Translations under genes and position numbers: made by a program
Shown here: one piece after another, positions 37,861 through 50,250 of the stretch
Position numbering within the stretch: position 1 is the first letter of the stretch
Layout: each line of letters opens with the position of its first letter
NCBI GenBank assembly: GCA_951406725.2
Contig: OX597820.1
Location: 92,752,001-92,816,000, forward strand
Length of the DNA stretch: 64,000 bases
Reading direction: 5' to 3'
Source of the DNA: Octopus vulgaris
Lineage: Eukaryota
The notes under the pieces: generated by a model
The model's input: the letters and a program-made list of their open reading frames with translations, nothing else
What the model was told of the DNA's origin: nothing
Databases searched by the model: none

Positions 37861-39184
37861 AGACAAGGTCATCTTGAAATGACAATAACTAAAGGACTGA
37901 GGCCGATTCTTTTCTTCAACTCTCTGTCTTTCTCTTTCTCTTACTCTCTCATTTTCTCTTGTTGGCTTTTGTTCTATCTCTCTCACACATTCTCCCTCGT
38001 TCTCTGCCCTGTCTCTCATTTTCTTAATCCATTCTGTCACACTTCTGCTTAAAACCGATTATGTTGCGGCTATAGAAAATGTGCAGGAAGATTATTGAAA
38101 TCGTCCTTTTTCCATAAATTTATAGATAGTGACTAAAACGGAAAAAAAAAATCTGATATGCTTTTGGGGCCGGCCAAGAACTAAGTGACGTGAAGTACAG
38201 CAAAGGAGGGAAATGTACAAAGATATCTGATACACACTCTGTTCGAAAAGTGTTTAGTCATACGTCCAGAGAAGACCTAGGGTAGAATTACAGAAAAATG
38301 TGTATTTCAATTTATAAGGAGAGCTTAAGTATATGTCAGTCATACTGTTTACATTTTTTACATAAACTATGCTCTGGAGAGTTGAATAAATATTTTCAAG
38401 ACGCAGCCCATAGTTAATATTGACAATTCGATTGGCAAGTCAAAGCTCGACGGCTTTGGACAAATGTCATTCCCTGTTTGGTTTTCATTTAAAACAGTTT
38501 AAACGAATGATAAAAGATAGTTTGATTGATTGTTTTCTATATTAGGTCATGTGGGGGGGGGTGCATTATAGGAATATATATATATATATACATAGATATA
38601 AATATATGCGTATGTAGGTATAGAATTATATATATATATATATAAGCATATCTATGAATATATACATGCATACATAAGTATATATATAAGGGAAGATCAC
38701 GCACATAATATTATATATATATGTGGGGGGGTGTATGTATCTGTGTCTGTGTGTATGCATGTATGTATGTGTGTATGTGTGCATGTATGTATATGTATAT
38801 ATGAGAACTTTAAGTTAGGTAAAATATGTTTATAACATATTTGAACTTCTAAAGGCAAATTCACTTGGTAAAAGGTGTAAAAACTGGGAATCCGGCAGGG
38901 GGCAACACTGGGCAGATATAGTATTTTTACAACCTCATTTTATTATTATTATTAGTTTATTTGAAAGAGTTCTTTCGTTCGACATTCTGCTTTCGTGTCT
39001 CTTCTTCTTTCTGCTCTTGACCTTTCTATTCTATCTTATTCTTTTATTCCTTAATTGATTTCAGCTTTTGCGTGAGATGTAAACAAGTATCGTGCCCTTC
39101 TATTTGACAAAAGAAAAACAGAACTTATATACCAAAAAAAATTTGTAGCCGATTCAAATATATTCTGTAGATTTCCATTTCGGA

Positions 39185-39395
39185 TACATTGGTTTCAAAT
39201 TTTGTCTCAGGGTCAACAAGCTCAGGAAGGAAGGATCCAAGTCGGTTTTATCGAACCCTGTTGTCAACTGGCCACTTTGTTGTAAAACCTGAAAGGATGA
39301 AAAGCAAAGTCGATTTCGGTGGTATTTGAACTCAGAACATACAGAGGAGCACTAAATATTTTATCCGGCCTATTAATGATTCTGCTACTTCGACA
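39185..39395 (-). mobile_element. Diverged family-B SINE
   Basis: GAAAGGATGAAAAGCAAAGTCGATTTCGGTGGTATTTGAACTCAGAAC. Confidence 0.7.
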
Positions 39396-41689
39396 TACTA
39401 TTCTAGAACGATATATTAACAAAACACATCTCCGATATTTACTCCCAATGTGGCGCGTGCAATAACTGGGTATAACTCCAAGAATAGTGTAACATATAAA
39501 ATATATTGTTGCGGTTTAATTTCACTATATTCCCACCAACGAAAGATTTTGAACTTCAGCTTTTTCAATTTACACTTATCCGGAAACATGTGTGTGTGCG
39601 TGCGCACGTGAATGTATTTGTGACATATTGGTTAATTGACTTATTAATGCATTGATTGACTCTTTGAATTATAGTTCAAGTTCTCTAGGTTGATTTATAT
39701 TTTATTGTCCTGTTGGTTTACTGTGCTCTTATATTAATGTCGTTTGATGGTTTCCTCTGTTGCTTCAAAGATTTGCTGTTCAAATATAAAACTGCTTTAA
39801 TTGTTTAATGATTTATTACTTTATTGATTTGTTCATCAATTCTTGAACTTGCTTCTTGGTCTTTGGACGTTGATTTCACCAGTTTTTTTTTGTAGTAATT
39901 ACCACCTTTGTAACTTTGTTGTTATTTTATTGAGTTGTTGCAGTGTTCGTTCTTTTTTGCTAAACCCCAACAGCAGACCTATGATCAAATACATTCTAAC
40001 TTTGACTATACAATCTTTTTTTTTTATAGAAATAGAGTTCCTTAGACTACATTATCAAATTTGTCCTACCTTCTTTTATGATGGTCGGGTATAATTTGAG
40101 GGAGATTCCATTGTTATTTCTAGTAAGTCGAAACGCCGCATAAATAATTTTTCATGTGTGTTGTTGATGTAATTTATATGCGGCTAATTAAATATCATGC
40201 TTCTAATTATTTACTTGTAGACATATTACAGATTAATAATGAGCAGTTCAATACCTTGATTATCAGTTAATTTATTCAATGTTTTTATATATTTATCATA
40301 ATTCATGCATCTCCGTAACTTTTTATTAGATTTTAGTTACTGCTTGTCAATTTCCTCCTTCCAGACGATCACAATGTCTATTGCATACCATATTTATACA
40401 ACAACAAAAATCTTTATTGTTCTTCCTGTCTTTCGAACTTCAGATTCATTTAAGGAAAGCAATAATCAGAGAGTTAACAAGGTATATACTTGAAAAGAAT
40501 GTAGGGTCAAGTCAACTGAAATATCAAACGTCAGATTGTGGCATATTACAAATAATAAAATTTTGGCACGCACGTTTTTACCATTAATTAATTTACAGAG
40601 ATCATTGGCCTGTATGTAGTCATTTATTTCTCCATTGACAGGGAGGACAGTTTACAGACATTCATTTATTTATCAATTAATGACAATCTCCTTAATGAAT
40701 AAGTTATAAGTGGTTTATGTCGGTGTGACATAGATTAGATATAAAACCAAAATAGTCATGTGAGATGAAATAGAGGTCATAGTTGTTGCTTCATAACAAC
40801 TTATAACGATAAACCACTTTATTTTCCGTAGTTTTTTTCCCTATCTATTTCTAACGACATGTGGTGTCGTTATACCTTTATTGATTTTTATATGCATTGT
40901 TTGATTACTTTAAATCGATTCACTATTCTTGTCATGGTGCATTTGTCTAATCAGAGTTTTACGTTAAAACCTTTGTTGAATATCTTTGTTCAGTCAGTTA
41001 TTGAGTTCTGTTGCTGTGCTTGATTTAACAATTATGTTTTGTTTCATTCAGCAGTTCGCATGGTGTTCTCAAGGGCTTATCTCCACAGCTATACGAAACT
41101 TTTTCTACATTATCTAAGTTGTTTTTGTTTACCCTGAAGCGAACCATGATTGTCTCAACCTCTGATCAAAATATTTCAGTCGTGACCAACTGGTTTTTTT
41201 TTTCAGTACAACCTTATCGAATGGGCCCTTCATATAAAAATATGATATTAAGGTGTGATTTTATGAAGATTTCGCTGTTATTTCTTGTAAGTCGAATAAC
41301 GACAAATATATTAGCACGACGTCATTTCTATACTTTGGAGAAGTGGGTAAGAGTTCCTTTCTGTAAACCATCCGAGAATTTCGAAGTATATTTACAGTTT
41401 GGGGGATTATTATTATTATTATTATTATTATTATTGCTTTCATGGAAGGAATTTATCTTAACTTCTCAGACTGGAACTTAGGCATTTGATTTGAGCCATG
41501 TTCCTATGAATTAAATAACGGTGTAAGTATAGTGTAGGTTTCATCAATAACGGTATTCTGTCATTCTTGTTTCATTATGCAGCCTTTTTTTTACCTGCAT
41601 ATATTTGCACACATATACACACACAAACACACATACGAGATGCAGACACACACACACACACAGACATACATAAACACACACAGATAAGT

Positions 41690-41850
41690 ATATGGTTGGG
41701 TATTCCGCTCACGATTGTAAGCTTGTGAGTTTGATTCCCGGCAGCGTGCTGTGTCCTTGAGCAAGACACTTTATTTCCATTTCAAATTGTTCTAGTTCAA
41801 TCAGACAGCAAGATGAGTTGTACCTATAATTCAAAGGGCCAGCCTTCGCA
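41690..41850 (+). mobile_element. tRNA-headed SINE fragment (family C/D related)
   Basis: GAGTTTGATTCCC B box followed by GTGTCCTTGAGCAAGACACTT. Confidence 0.65.
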
Positions 41851-41855
41851 CATTC

Positions 41856-42565
41856 GGGAGTTTTTACTCCTTCATCAGCACCCATCGAATCTATTAATCA
41901 TTCCCGAACTCAATGCTTAAATAGCCACTACATATAGAGGAGTAACGTTATTGGAGATACCAATTTACATATTAAACACATTCTTGGAAGCTGGTCCGTA
42001 AATATTAATGATGTCTACGCACACAGTATTTCGTTAAGCAAATATAACATACTACAAAGAATATTAAACATTTTTAAAAGTCAATACTGTGTATTACTGT
42101 GTTAGCAGTAGCACACATTTATTTATATCTGACGTCCCGGACACGAAACGCCGTAACAAAATCAGAACATCTGTAGAGATGACCTTAACACGTGATTTAA
42201 GTGTATTTTTAACACAGTAGTACACCGTATTGACTTATAAAAAGTTTACTATACTTTATAGCATATAATGGTTCCCTAACAAAATAGCGTGTGCCTACAA
42301 GACATTAATATTTATGTGCCAGCCGCCAAGAATGTGTTTAATTTGTACATTTTTATATCCGAAAACGTTACACCGCTAAATGTAGTGGCTATTTAAGCAA
42401 TGAGTTTGTTGATGATTAAAAGGTTATATGTGGGACTGAAGAAGGAGAAGAAACTCGTAAAATAGGCACTTATGTGACCATTACCAACGTTTTCATCTGC
42501 GATATCATTGTTTGTTCGCATCTGATGACTCGGATACGAAACGTCGTAACGAAATCAGCACCCTA
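41856..42565. mobile_element. PLE-like non-autonomous unit: ~250-bp inverted arms plus a directly repeated hammerhead-like motif
   Basis: 41857-42105 is an imperfect reverse complement of 42208-42456; the motif CTGA.G...CGGA.ACGAAACG.CGTAAC.AAATCAG occurs at 42129 and 42522. Confidence 0.75.
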
Positions 42566-43179
42566 AACCTTTTAGATTTAAACCTATGGAGATTTAGTGG
42601 TTGTGGGGCCAAAATACAAATGGTCTATTTCACCTTTGTCCTCTTCGCACCAATTTTGAAGAACCTTAACCATATGAAAATAGTGCATTATTGTCCAGGA
42701 AGATTAATACGAGAAAACAATATTTGTAACAAGATGAACATGATCAACCAAAATACACAGAAAATCTTTGGTGTTGACTCCTTCATATAGAACTAAAGAG
42801 CTAAGAAATTCCGGGACATGGCTGTCCGAGTCCTCACAGAGCTACCTCTATCTTTCAACAGTCTACGAGGAAGTCTTGTATTAACTGTCTCCGGATTTAA
42901 AGTTGTCCCGGTGTGAAAAAGAGCAAATGATGATTCACATAAGATATCATTATTCCATTGAATAGTTGACAACTTCTCATAGTCGAGTCACCATTTCTTA
43001 TGCTTATCAATGTTGGTGGGTGGTAGGAAATGTTTAGCAATTGCAACCCTCCATTATTGCTTACATTCATTTCGTAGGGTTCCAGTCACAAGGGATCAAA
43101 ATGTCAATCAGAATACATAGATTTTCATATCAGTTTTTGATTTAAAACATCTGAGCTTACTTATACCACGTATTCTCAA

Positions 43180-43500
43180 TTTTATGTGAATCTTTTTATA
43201 TATAGCCTAACTGATATTGGTACTTGCTCGATACTGCGATTCTCACTTCTGTGAATAACCATTGATATTGTTCAGGTAAAAATAGCCCTTCCTGTTTCTA
43301 CTTTTAGTGCAGATATTTTGAGCTATTAGTAGATTATAGCTCACATCAGTTTCGTCTATTTTTACTATCACCTTCAACGTATCGCTTCATTTTAAAACTA
43401 ATCTTGCATAGAGTCATGCTTGGATGACTTAATCCGGAGAAAGACGGGGCTTTTTTGATATTATATCCATATTCAAATCTTTGCCGCTTAATCAGTGGAA
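43180..43500 (-). pseudogene. Possible Tc1-like transposase relic
   Basis: KKPRLS...QA*LYA...IVKIDET resembles KKP.LS....ARL.FA...SDET. Confidence 0.3.
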
Positions 43501-44564
43501 GAACTATGACAATATTCATATGAAAGGAATTAATCTTCAGAGAGGGGAGCTTTACCTCCTCCAAATGTATTCATTGGACAAGTGATGGTGTTATATCGAG
43601 TGATAGATTCAGTCAAAATCCTCAAGCATATCGTTGAATGTTCCATTAATGAGAAGCTTGTATTTTTTATTTTATTTTTTATGACCGAACTAAATTACCC
43701 GTGTATATATTTTTAAGACAATAGAATGTGAATCGAACAAAAATTGACTACTGCATCAGACGTATCGATCTGCGATACACAGACTTTCTCGTTGGATCGT
43801 GTATAATATTTTACTAATATTGATATAATGAATATTCAAATTTGTTAATAGAGTATGAATGGAAAGAAAATGTAGCAAGAATAAGGAGCATCTGTGACGT
43901 ATTCCCGTCTTATGAGGGTGGAGCTACATTTTTTTATCTCTTAATCTCATGCTGTGTTAGTGGAATTTAATATTTAACATGACAAAATTGATATAATGCC
44001 TCGTTATTAGGGTTGCTTTGTGTATGAAGAGTTCCTTCAATGCCCAAGCGTATAGTTTAATCATGTCATGTTTAGATTCCTGTTTCTCTTCTCTCCAATC
44101 ATCAATGATTATTCCTTTTGTAAATAGCTTTTCTTTACAAACAATACATCATTTTCCGACATCTTTATGTTACATTAATACGATGTTATTATTTTCCAGA
44201 TGAGCAGCCTAGTACATTTATCAGAACTTCGATATTGTTGGTAAACAGGTTACTGTTCAGGAATTTGGGCGCCCTGTGATAGCTTTATTTTGAGGAATAA
44301 ATATTGTTTTCCCTTTTAGTTACTAAGTGGATGTTGGTATTGATCTGTGTAGTAATTTATTGAAAGTTGTTGTACATTTGCTTGTGTCCTGGTAAAGTAT
44401 TTTAAGCAGAAATTGATAATTTTATCAGTTCCGAGATCTTTCCTGTTGCCACCAGTCCTCGATGTATTGATAAATATCCACGAGTTTAGCTTCGTCGTGC
44501 CTGGGGTCTATTTGAGTTTTTCACATTTGCCTTGCTTCTTAATCCATTATGCATTATTTGCTCA

Positions 44565-44566
<2 letters not shown>

Positions 44567-44624
<58 letters not shown>

Positions 44625-44654
44625 CAACATCATCATCATCATCATTATTATTAC

Positions 44655-44714
<60 letters not shown>

Positions 44715-44823
44715 CATCATTATCATCATCATCATCATTGCTACTACTACTACTTTTACTATTACTACTAATACTACTACTACTAATATAATCACCATCA
44801 TCCTCATCATCATCAGCAGCAGC

Positions 44824-44857
<34 letters not shown>
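44567..44857. repeat. Compound (ATT)n/(CAT)n/(ACT)n/(AGT)n microsatellite
   Basis: Visible directly. Confidence 0.97.
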
Positions 44858-44858
<1 letters not shown>

Positions 44859-45436
44859 AAAAGGTAGTTGATCAACTAAATTGATAGTGGATCGGCTTAG
44901 ATAGCTTGAAATATTTATTGCAGACCTCCAAATTGAAAAAGTACCAGTGAAGTTCTGAAGTCGATTTATCGCCTTTGCTACAATCTTTCTTCTTGCTTTG
45001 GGCTTACTTCAGAAATTTCTATTTTTATCATTACTGGAATTAGTAGCAGTAAGAGCGAGTGTTTTCACAGATTGGTATCTGCATTATATAACATTCTGTG
45101 CTCAAATACAGCCGACTTTCATTTGCAACAAAGCAGAGTCTGATAAAAGCCCCGTCAAAGGCCAGGTGATGGCGTTAAACCTGAAAACGGATAAAGTTCA
45201 CATCCGAAGAACAGAAACGGGATTTATGGGGAACGCGTAATTTTCGGCTAAAGCTAGAAATCATTATTTTAGTGTTTAAACTAAACTAAAAGGCCTCCCA
45301 TATTTTGTTACTGTTATCAGTTATTGCTCTGTGGTTATGCTAAGGCATTGCCATCCAAAGTTTTTACTGAATACATAGATGGATCCAGGTATTTAGATTT
45401 TTATATATTTCATTGATCTGCAGTATTTCTCCAAGC

Positions 45437-45805
45437 ATGCCAGTGTGGTAAGAAGCTTGCTTCCGAACCACATGTTTCGGGTTTTCAGTCCCACTGCGTG
45501 GCACCGTAAACAAGTGTCTTCAACTATAGCCTCGGACCAACCACAGCCTTATCAGTGGATTTCGAAGACGGAAACTGGTCAGTGGATTTCGAAGACGTAC
45601 TTGTGCTTGTCCTCTCCGCCATGACAGCTTGACAACCGGTACTGGAGTGTTTACACATCCGTAACTTAGGAAGTCGACAAAAGAAACCGACAGAATAAAG
45701 CCCAAGCTTTTAAAATTAAGCGCTGGAATCGATACATTCGACTAAAAATTCTTCAAGGTGATTCATCATGGTTGCAGTTTAATGACTGACACAAATAAAA
45801 CATAA
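45437..45805 (+). mobile_element. SINE family A, diverged, with a short internal duplication
   Basis: CAGTCCCACTGCGTGGCAC...; TCAGTGGATTTCGAAGACG is duplicated. Confidence 0.8.
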
Positions 45806-45886
45806 AATCTATCGAACGGCTTCGTATAATTTTGATATAGCTATACATACATATTCATCTAGGTATATATGTACATGCATACAGTG

Positions 45887-46410
45887 TATTGGGTTGTCCG
45901 GAAAGTTCGTGCCGATTTATAGTAGCTTACATTTAGACTTATTTTAGAACATGGTTGAGTCCATAAAATAGGATTTGACTACACCTCCATTTAGAGCACA
46001 GTTTAAGCTATCTTTTTGTGGAAGAAGGCTTATGTTCCTATAACCTGTGTTAATTCTGTAACCCTTTAAAATGGAAAATAAGAAAGTTCGTTTTCGGCAC
46101 TTGATGTTTCGGCTGGTATGTGTTACCCCACCCTCCATATTCACCAGATATTGCTCCTTCGGATTCCCACTTATTCAGGTCTCTGCAGAATAGTCTTAAT
46201 GGTAATTACTGGGATGACATAAAAGATGAATTCTTTGCCATGAAACCACCTCAGTTCTGGGATGAGGGTATTTTCAAGTTCAAGGAAAGATGGAGACGCA
46301 CTGTGCAACAAAGTGGTTCATATTTGATTGATAAAAAATGTAATGGCAAGTATTTATTGACCTTTTTCTTTCTTTTAAAAATCGGCACGAACTCTCCGGA
46401 CAACCCAATA
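45887..46410 (+). mobile_element. Internally deleted mariner element with intact TIRs and TA TSD
   Basis: TIR TTGGGTTGTCCGGAAAGTTCGTGCCGATT at both ends; MENKKVRFRHLMF is fused directly to LPHPPYSPDIAPSDSHLFRSLQN (mariner YSPDLAP.D motif). Confidence 0.95.
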
Positions 46411-46723
46411 TTTATATAGATATATGTTAAATATATGTAACTAGACATGTAAGTATATATGTTCAACATAAGGTGGAGAAAATATTATTCGAATACCAAA
46501 GTTTTAATTCAATATAATTTTATCCAGGCTTAAAATACTTCACAAATTGTTACAAAATATTTTACGCAACTGTGCATCACAAAGTTTAGAAAATTCTGAA
46601 AAATATAATATTTTATAAATAAATTATTATATTATTTTGAATTCTCACAATTGTCTAATGGAACAGCTACGTGAGACTCAGCATAACAGCTTGTGACTTT
46701 TCTAGCCTCAATGAAAAATGTGT

Positions 46724-46784
<61 letters not shown>

Positions 46785-46889
46785 CATGTGTGTATTTTTG
46801 TTTGTGTGTCTGTGGGTCTTTGTGTGTGAGAGACAGCTTGTGTATGTATATGTATGTATATGTATATATATGTATATATATATAGATAA

Positions 46890-46960
<71 letters not shown>

Positions 46961-47109
46961 TATAGATATTGAGTTAGAGAGAAAAAGAGAATGATACATG
47001 CAGACATACACACACATACATACACACGCACGCATACATTTCAAGAGATATAGATAGATAGAAGCATATATATATATTTATATATATATATATATATATA
47101 TATTCATTC

Positions 47110-47310
47110 ATTCTTTTATTCTTTTACTTTTTTAGTCATTTCGCTGAGACCATACTGGAGCATTTAAAGAAAAAAAGAAGTCCTGGAGCACCGTCTTGGA
47201 GGATTGTAGTCGAACAAATCGACCCCAGGACTTCTTTTTTTCTTTAAATGAATACTTATTCTATCCTTTGCTTTTGCCGACCCCCTAACTTACGCTGATG
47301 TAAACACAAG
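47110..47310 (-). mobile_element. SINE family A 3' fragment
   Basis: GTCGAACAAATCGACCCCAGGACTT...TTTTGCCGA. Confidence 0.7.
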
Positions 47311-47312
47311 AC

Positions 47313-47373
<61 letters not shown>

Positions 47374-47727
47374 TCTAAATTCGTTTCTGGTAACGTTAAG
47401 GGCATGCAAATAAAACTCCTCTTTCATTATGCCAGCTACCGTCTAATGATACTGACTAATGAGTCAGTTTTTCTAGGCTGCATCATGGTTATAATGATAT
47501 AATGTATGATTAATATAATAACAATAATTCTATGATGGAATCTATAAATATTTAATACGTCACTACGCGCGTTTCCACAGCTTTAACATCAGAGTCCGTA
47601 TCTTTGTGATAAGTTCAGTATAGTCCGAATTATCCGTGAGCATCCGGTTGATCATCATCATCATTAATTCACTTCATTAGGCAATACTGCATTAGCGGAT
47701 GAATCACAGAGGTATGTTTATCCCTAC

Positions 47728-47961
47728 TTATTTCTTTATTGCTCACAAGGGGCTAAACATAGAGGGGACAAACAAGGACAGGCAAAGGTATTGAGTCGAT
47801 TGCATCGACCCCAGTGCGTAACAGGTACTTCATTTATCGACCCCGAAAGGATGAAAGGCAAAGTCGACCTCGGCGGAATTTGAACTCAGAACGTAACGGC
47901 AGACGAAATACCGCTAAGCATTTCGCTCGGTGTGCTAACGATTCTGCCAACTTGCCGCCTT
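47728..47961 (-). mobile_element. Full-length SINE family B
   Basis: Reverse complement of the family consensus; TTTATCCCT occurs on both flanks (approximate TSD). Confidence 0.92.
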
Positions 47962-48539
47962 CTTGTTTTATCCCTTCTTGTCAACATGAATGCCAATGTC
48001 GCTATGTGGGTATTTCTGTTTTTACTTGGCAGGAGGAGGTAGGTGACGGGAGTAGAAGAAGAAATTGTAGTAATATGGGGATGGAGGTGTGTGTGGTGGT
48101 CTTGGATTTATTTGCTATTCATTCAGCAGATTTAGGGATGGTAGTATATTTCTTTGTTCTATTTCATTTAAGATGTGACACTCCTCAAAAAATTCTGAAC
48201 CAACAGGTGGGTATCTGAATTGATAACTACTACCCTCTTATTGTGATTTTTTCAGTGTTTCTGTTGTTATAACGTGTGTATCATCTTAAACATCGGTATG
48301 TTCTTTTACTTATTTGGGTCCATTCATTGTTCTATAATTTTTAATTCGTTTTAAGATATTGCTCTCAAATTCTATGGATGATATTTTGTTCCTATGCTTA
48401 GGATAATACGGACTATACTGTTCTCATCCCAAGGATACGGACTCTGATGTTAAAGTCATGTGATTTGTGGAAAATTGTGTAACGATGTATCAAATATTTA
48501 TCAATTCCATTCTGAAATTATTGCTATTATATATATATA

Positions 48540-50250
48540 TCCTACCCATACTCCGTACCACATCCTACCGCCTTATGCGTGCCACCATTCGCTCCAATCT
48601 CTTTAAAATATATACCATCGACCGCCTTCTCCCTCCTGCTTTTTCCATCTTTTTCTCCTTTCTGCCGCCTTCCATGCTCACAACACGTTGCGTTATGTAA
48701 TTCATTTAAATCATCTCTTTCATCAATTTCTTGCCAACACCAAACTTCGTAAACACCACTTACTCCTCCGTTCCATCACACACGATGCCACTACCCCAAC
48801 TCCTCCACTACTCGTCTCCCTCCCTGATACACTCCACCCACCCACACTCAACCCCCCTGTCCCTCCAAACCCCCTCACGCATCCCCACCCCTCCCACCCG
48901 GCCGTCCACCAGCCCTACCACCCCTCCTACCTCTACCCTCTCCCCCCTCCCACTTCTATTCACTCCACCCCTTCTCCACTTCAGTCTGTTGTTACCATTC
49001 CCCCAGATCTTCGCCTCTCTGAGGCGGAGCACTCCATCCTCAATAGGGGTCTGCGTTTCATCCCCCTCACTCCATCCTGTAATGAATTTCAGACTCGTGC
49101 TGATATCCACAGCTTTGTGCGCTGTGTTAGGCTGTGTGCGCTTTTTCCGCAACACTCCACCCGCATCAAACGAGGAGGACTGCTTCACTGACCTGGGCCG
49201 CCGACCATCCCAGTAGACGCCTGATCTTTTTGCGGGCGTCTGCCAGCGCGCTGTGGATCGCTTCAACTTCTCCAGGCGTCCCTGTCGTCTCAACATCTCC
49301 CCAGCCGAACTCTCGGCTGTTCGTTCCCTCCGACGGCGCACTGACATCGTTATAAAACCGGCCAAGGGTGGAGCAGTGGTGGTATGGCGCGCAGACCTCT
49401 ATAAGGCCGAAGCTCTCCGCCAACTTCATGACACCTCCTTCTATTGCCCTCTGCCCTCTGACCCCACGCCCAGCTACCAACAGATGGTCTCCTCTACCAT
49501 CCATGACCTCATCTCGTCCTCCTGTCTACCCCACACAGCTTCCAACCTCATGGTCCGAACACCCCGCAGCCCCGCCATTTACTTCCTCCCCAAAATCCAC
49601 AAATCCAACATCCACAAATCCGCCCCATCGTCTCCGCCTGTAACTGCCCCACCGAGCTTATCTCCAAATATCTCGACCGTGTCCTTGCCCACCTAGTGGC
49701 TTCTCTCCCTTCTCACATCCATGACACCAACCATGCTCTTCGTCTATTCAACTCTTTCTTCTTCGCTCCTGGCCCCTCTAAACTTCTCTTTACTCTGGAC
49801 ATACAGAGCCTCTACACTGTGATCCCTCACCACAAGGGTCAGTGTGCACTGAAACATTTCCTGGACCTCCGACCCAATCCCCAACCCGACACCTCAACAA
49901 TTCCCATTCCAACATTTTCACACATACATACACGCACACGTCCAGACCACCAGCTCTCTTTCACACGCACATATATTCTCTCTTATACACACACGCACCT
50001 TCATGTTGGGGGTAATCTTTACTTTGTTATCTCCCCTACCTCTTCACTCTCCTGTGTGACCCTTCTGTCTGGCAGTCGCCATGATAGATCGCTAGCCACT
50101 ACACACATTTTTTTCTGTGTCCCTTTCTGTAGAAGAGCGTAGGTTCGAAACGTAAAAGACTTTTTCCATTCCTGAGCATTGTACTGATACATCTGTTTGT
50201 TTTGTACACTACCTGTCTTCGTCTTTTCTTTTTTTCGTGAACTCTTCCCC
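48540..50250 (+). mobile_element. Penelope-like element: N-terminal RT region (frameshifted) joined by deletion to the terminal repeat
   Basis: LSEAEHSILNRGLRFIP, IVIKPAKGGAVVVW (like IKPADKG..VV), YFLPKIHK (RT1), RPIVS (RT2), LFTLDIQSLYTVIP (RT3); hammerhead-like motif at 50123-50158. Confidence 0.93.

Noticed and set aside
48808-49504. Minus-strand ORFs of 185 and 112 aa
   Set aside because: Antisense shadows of the C-rich PLE RT on the plus strand
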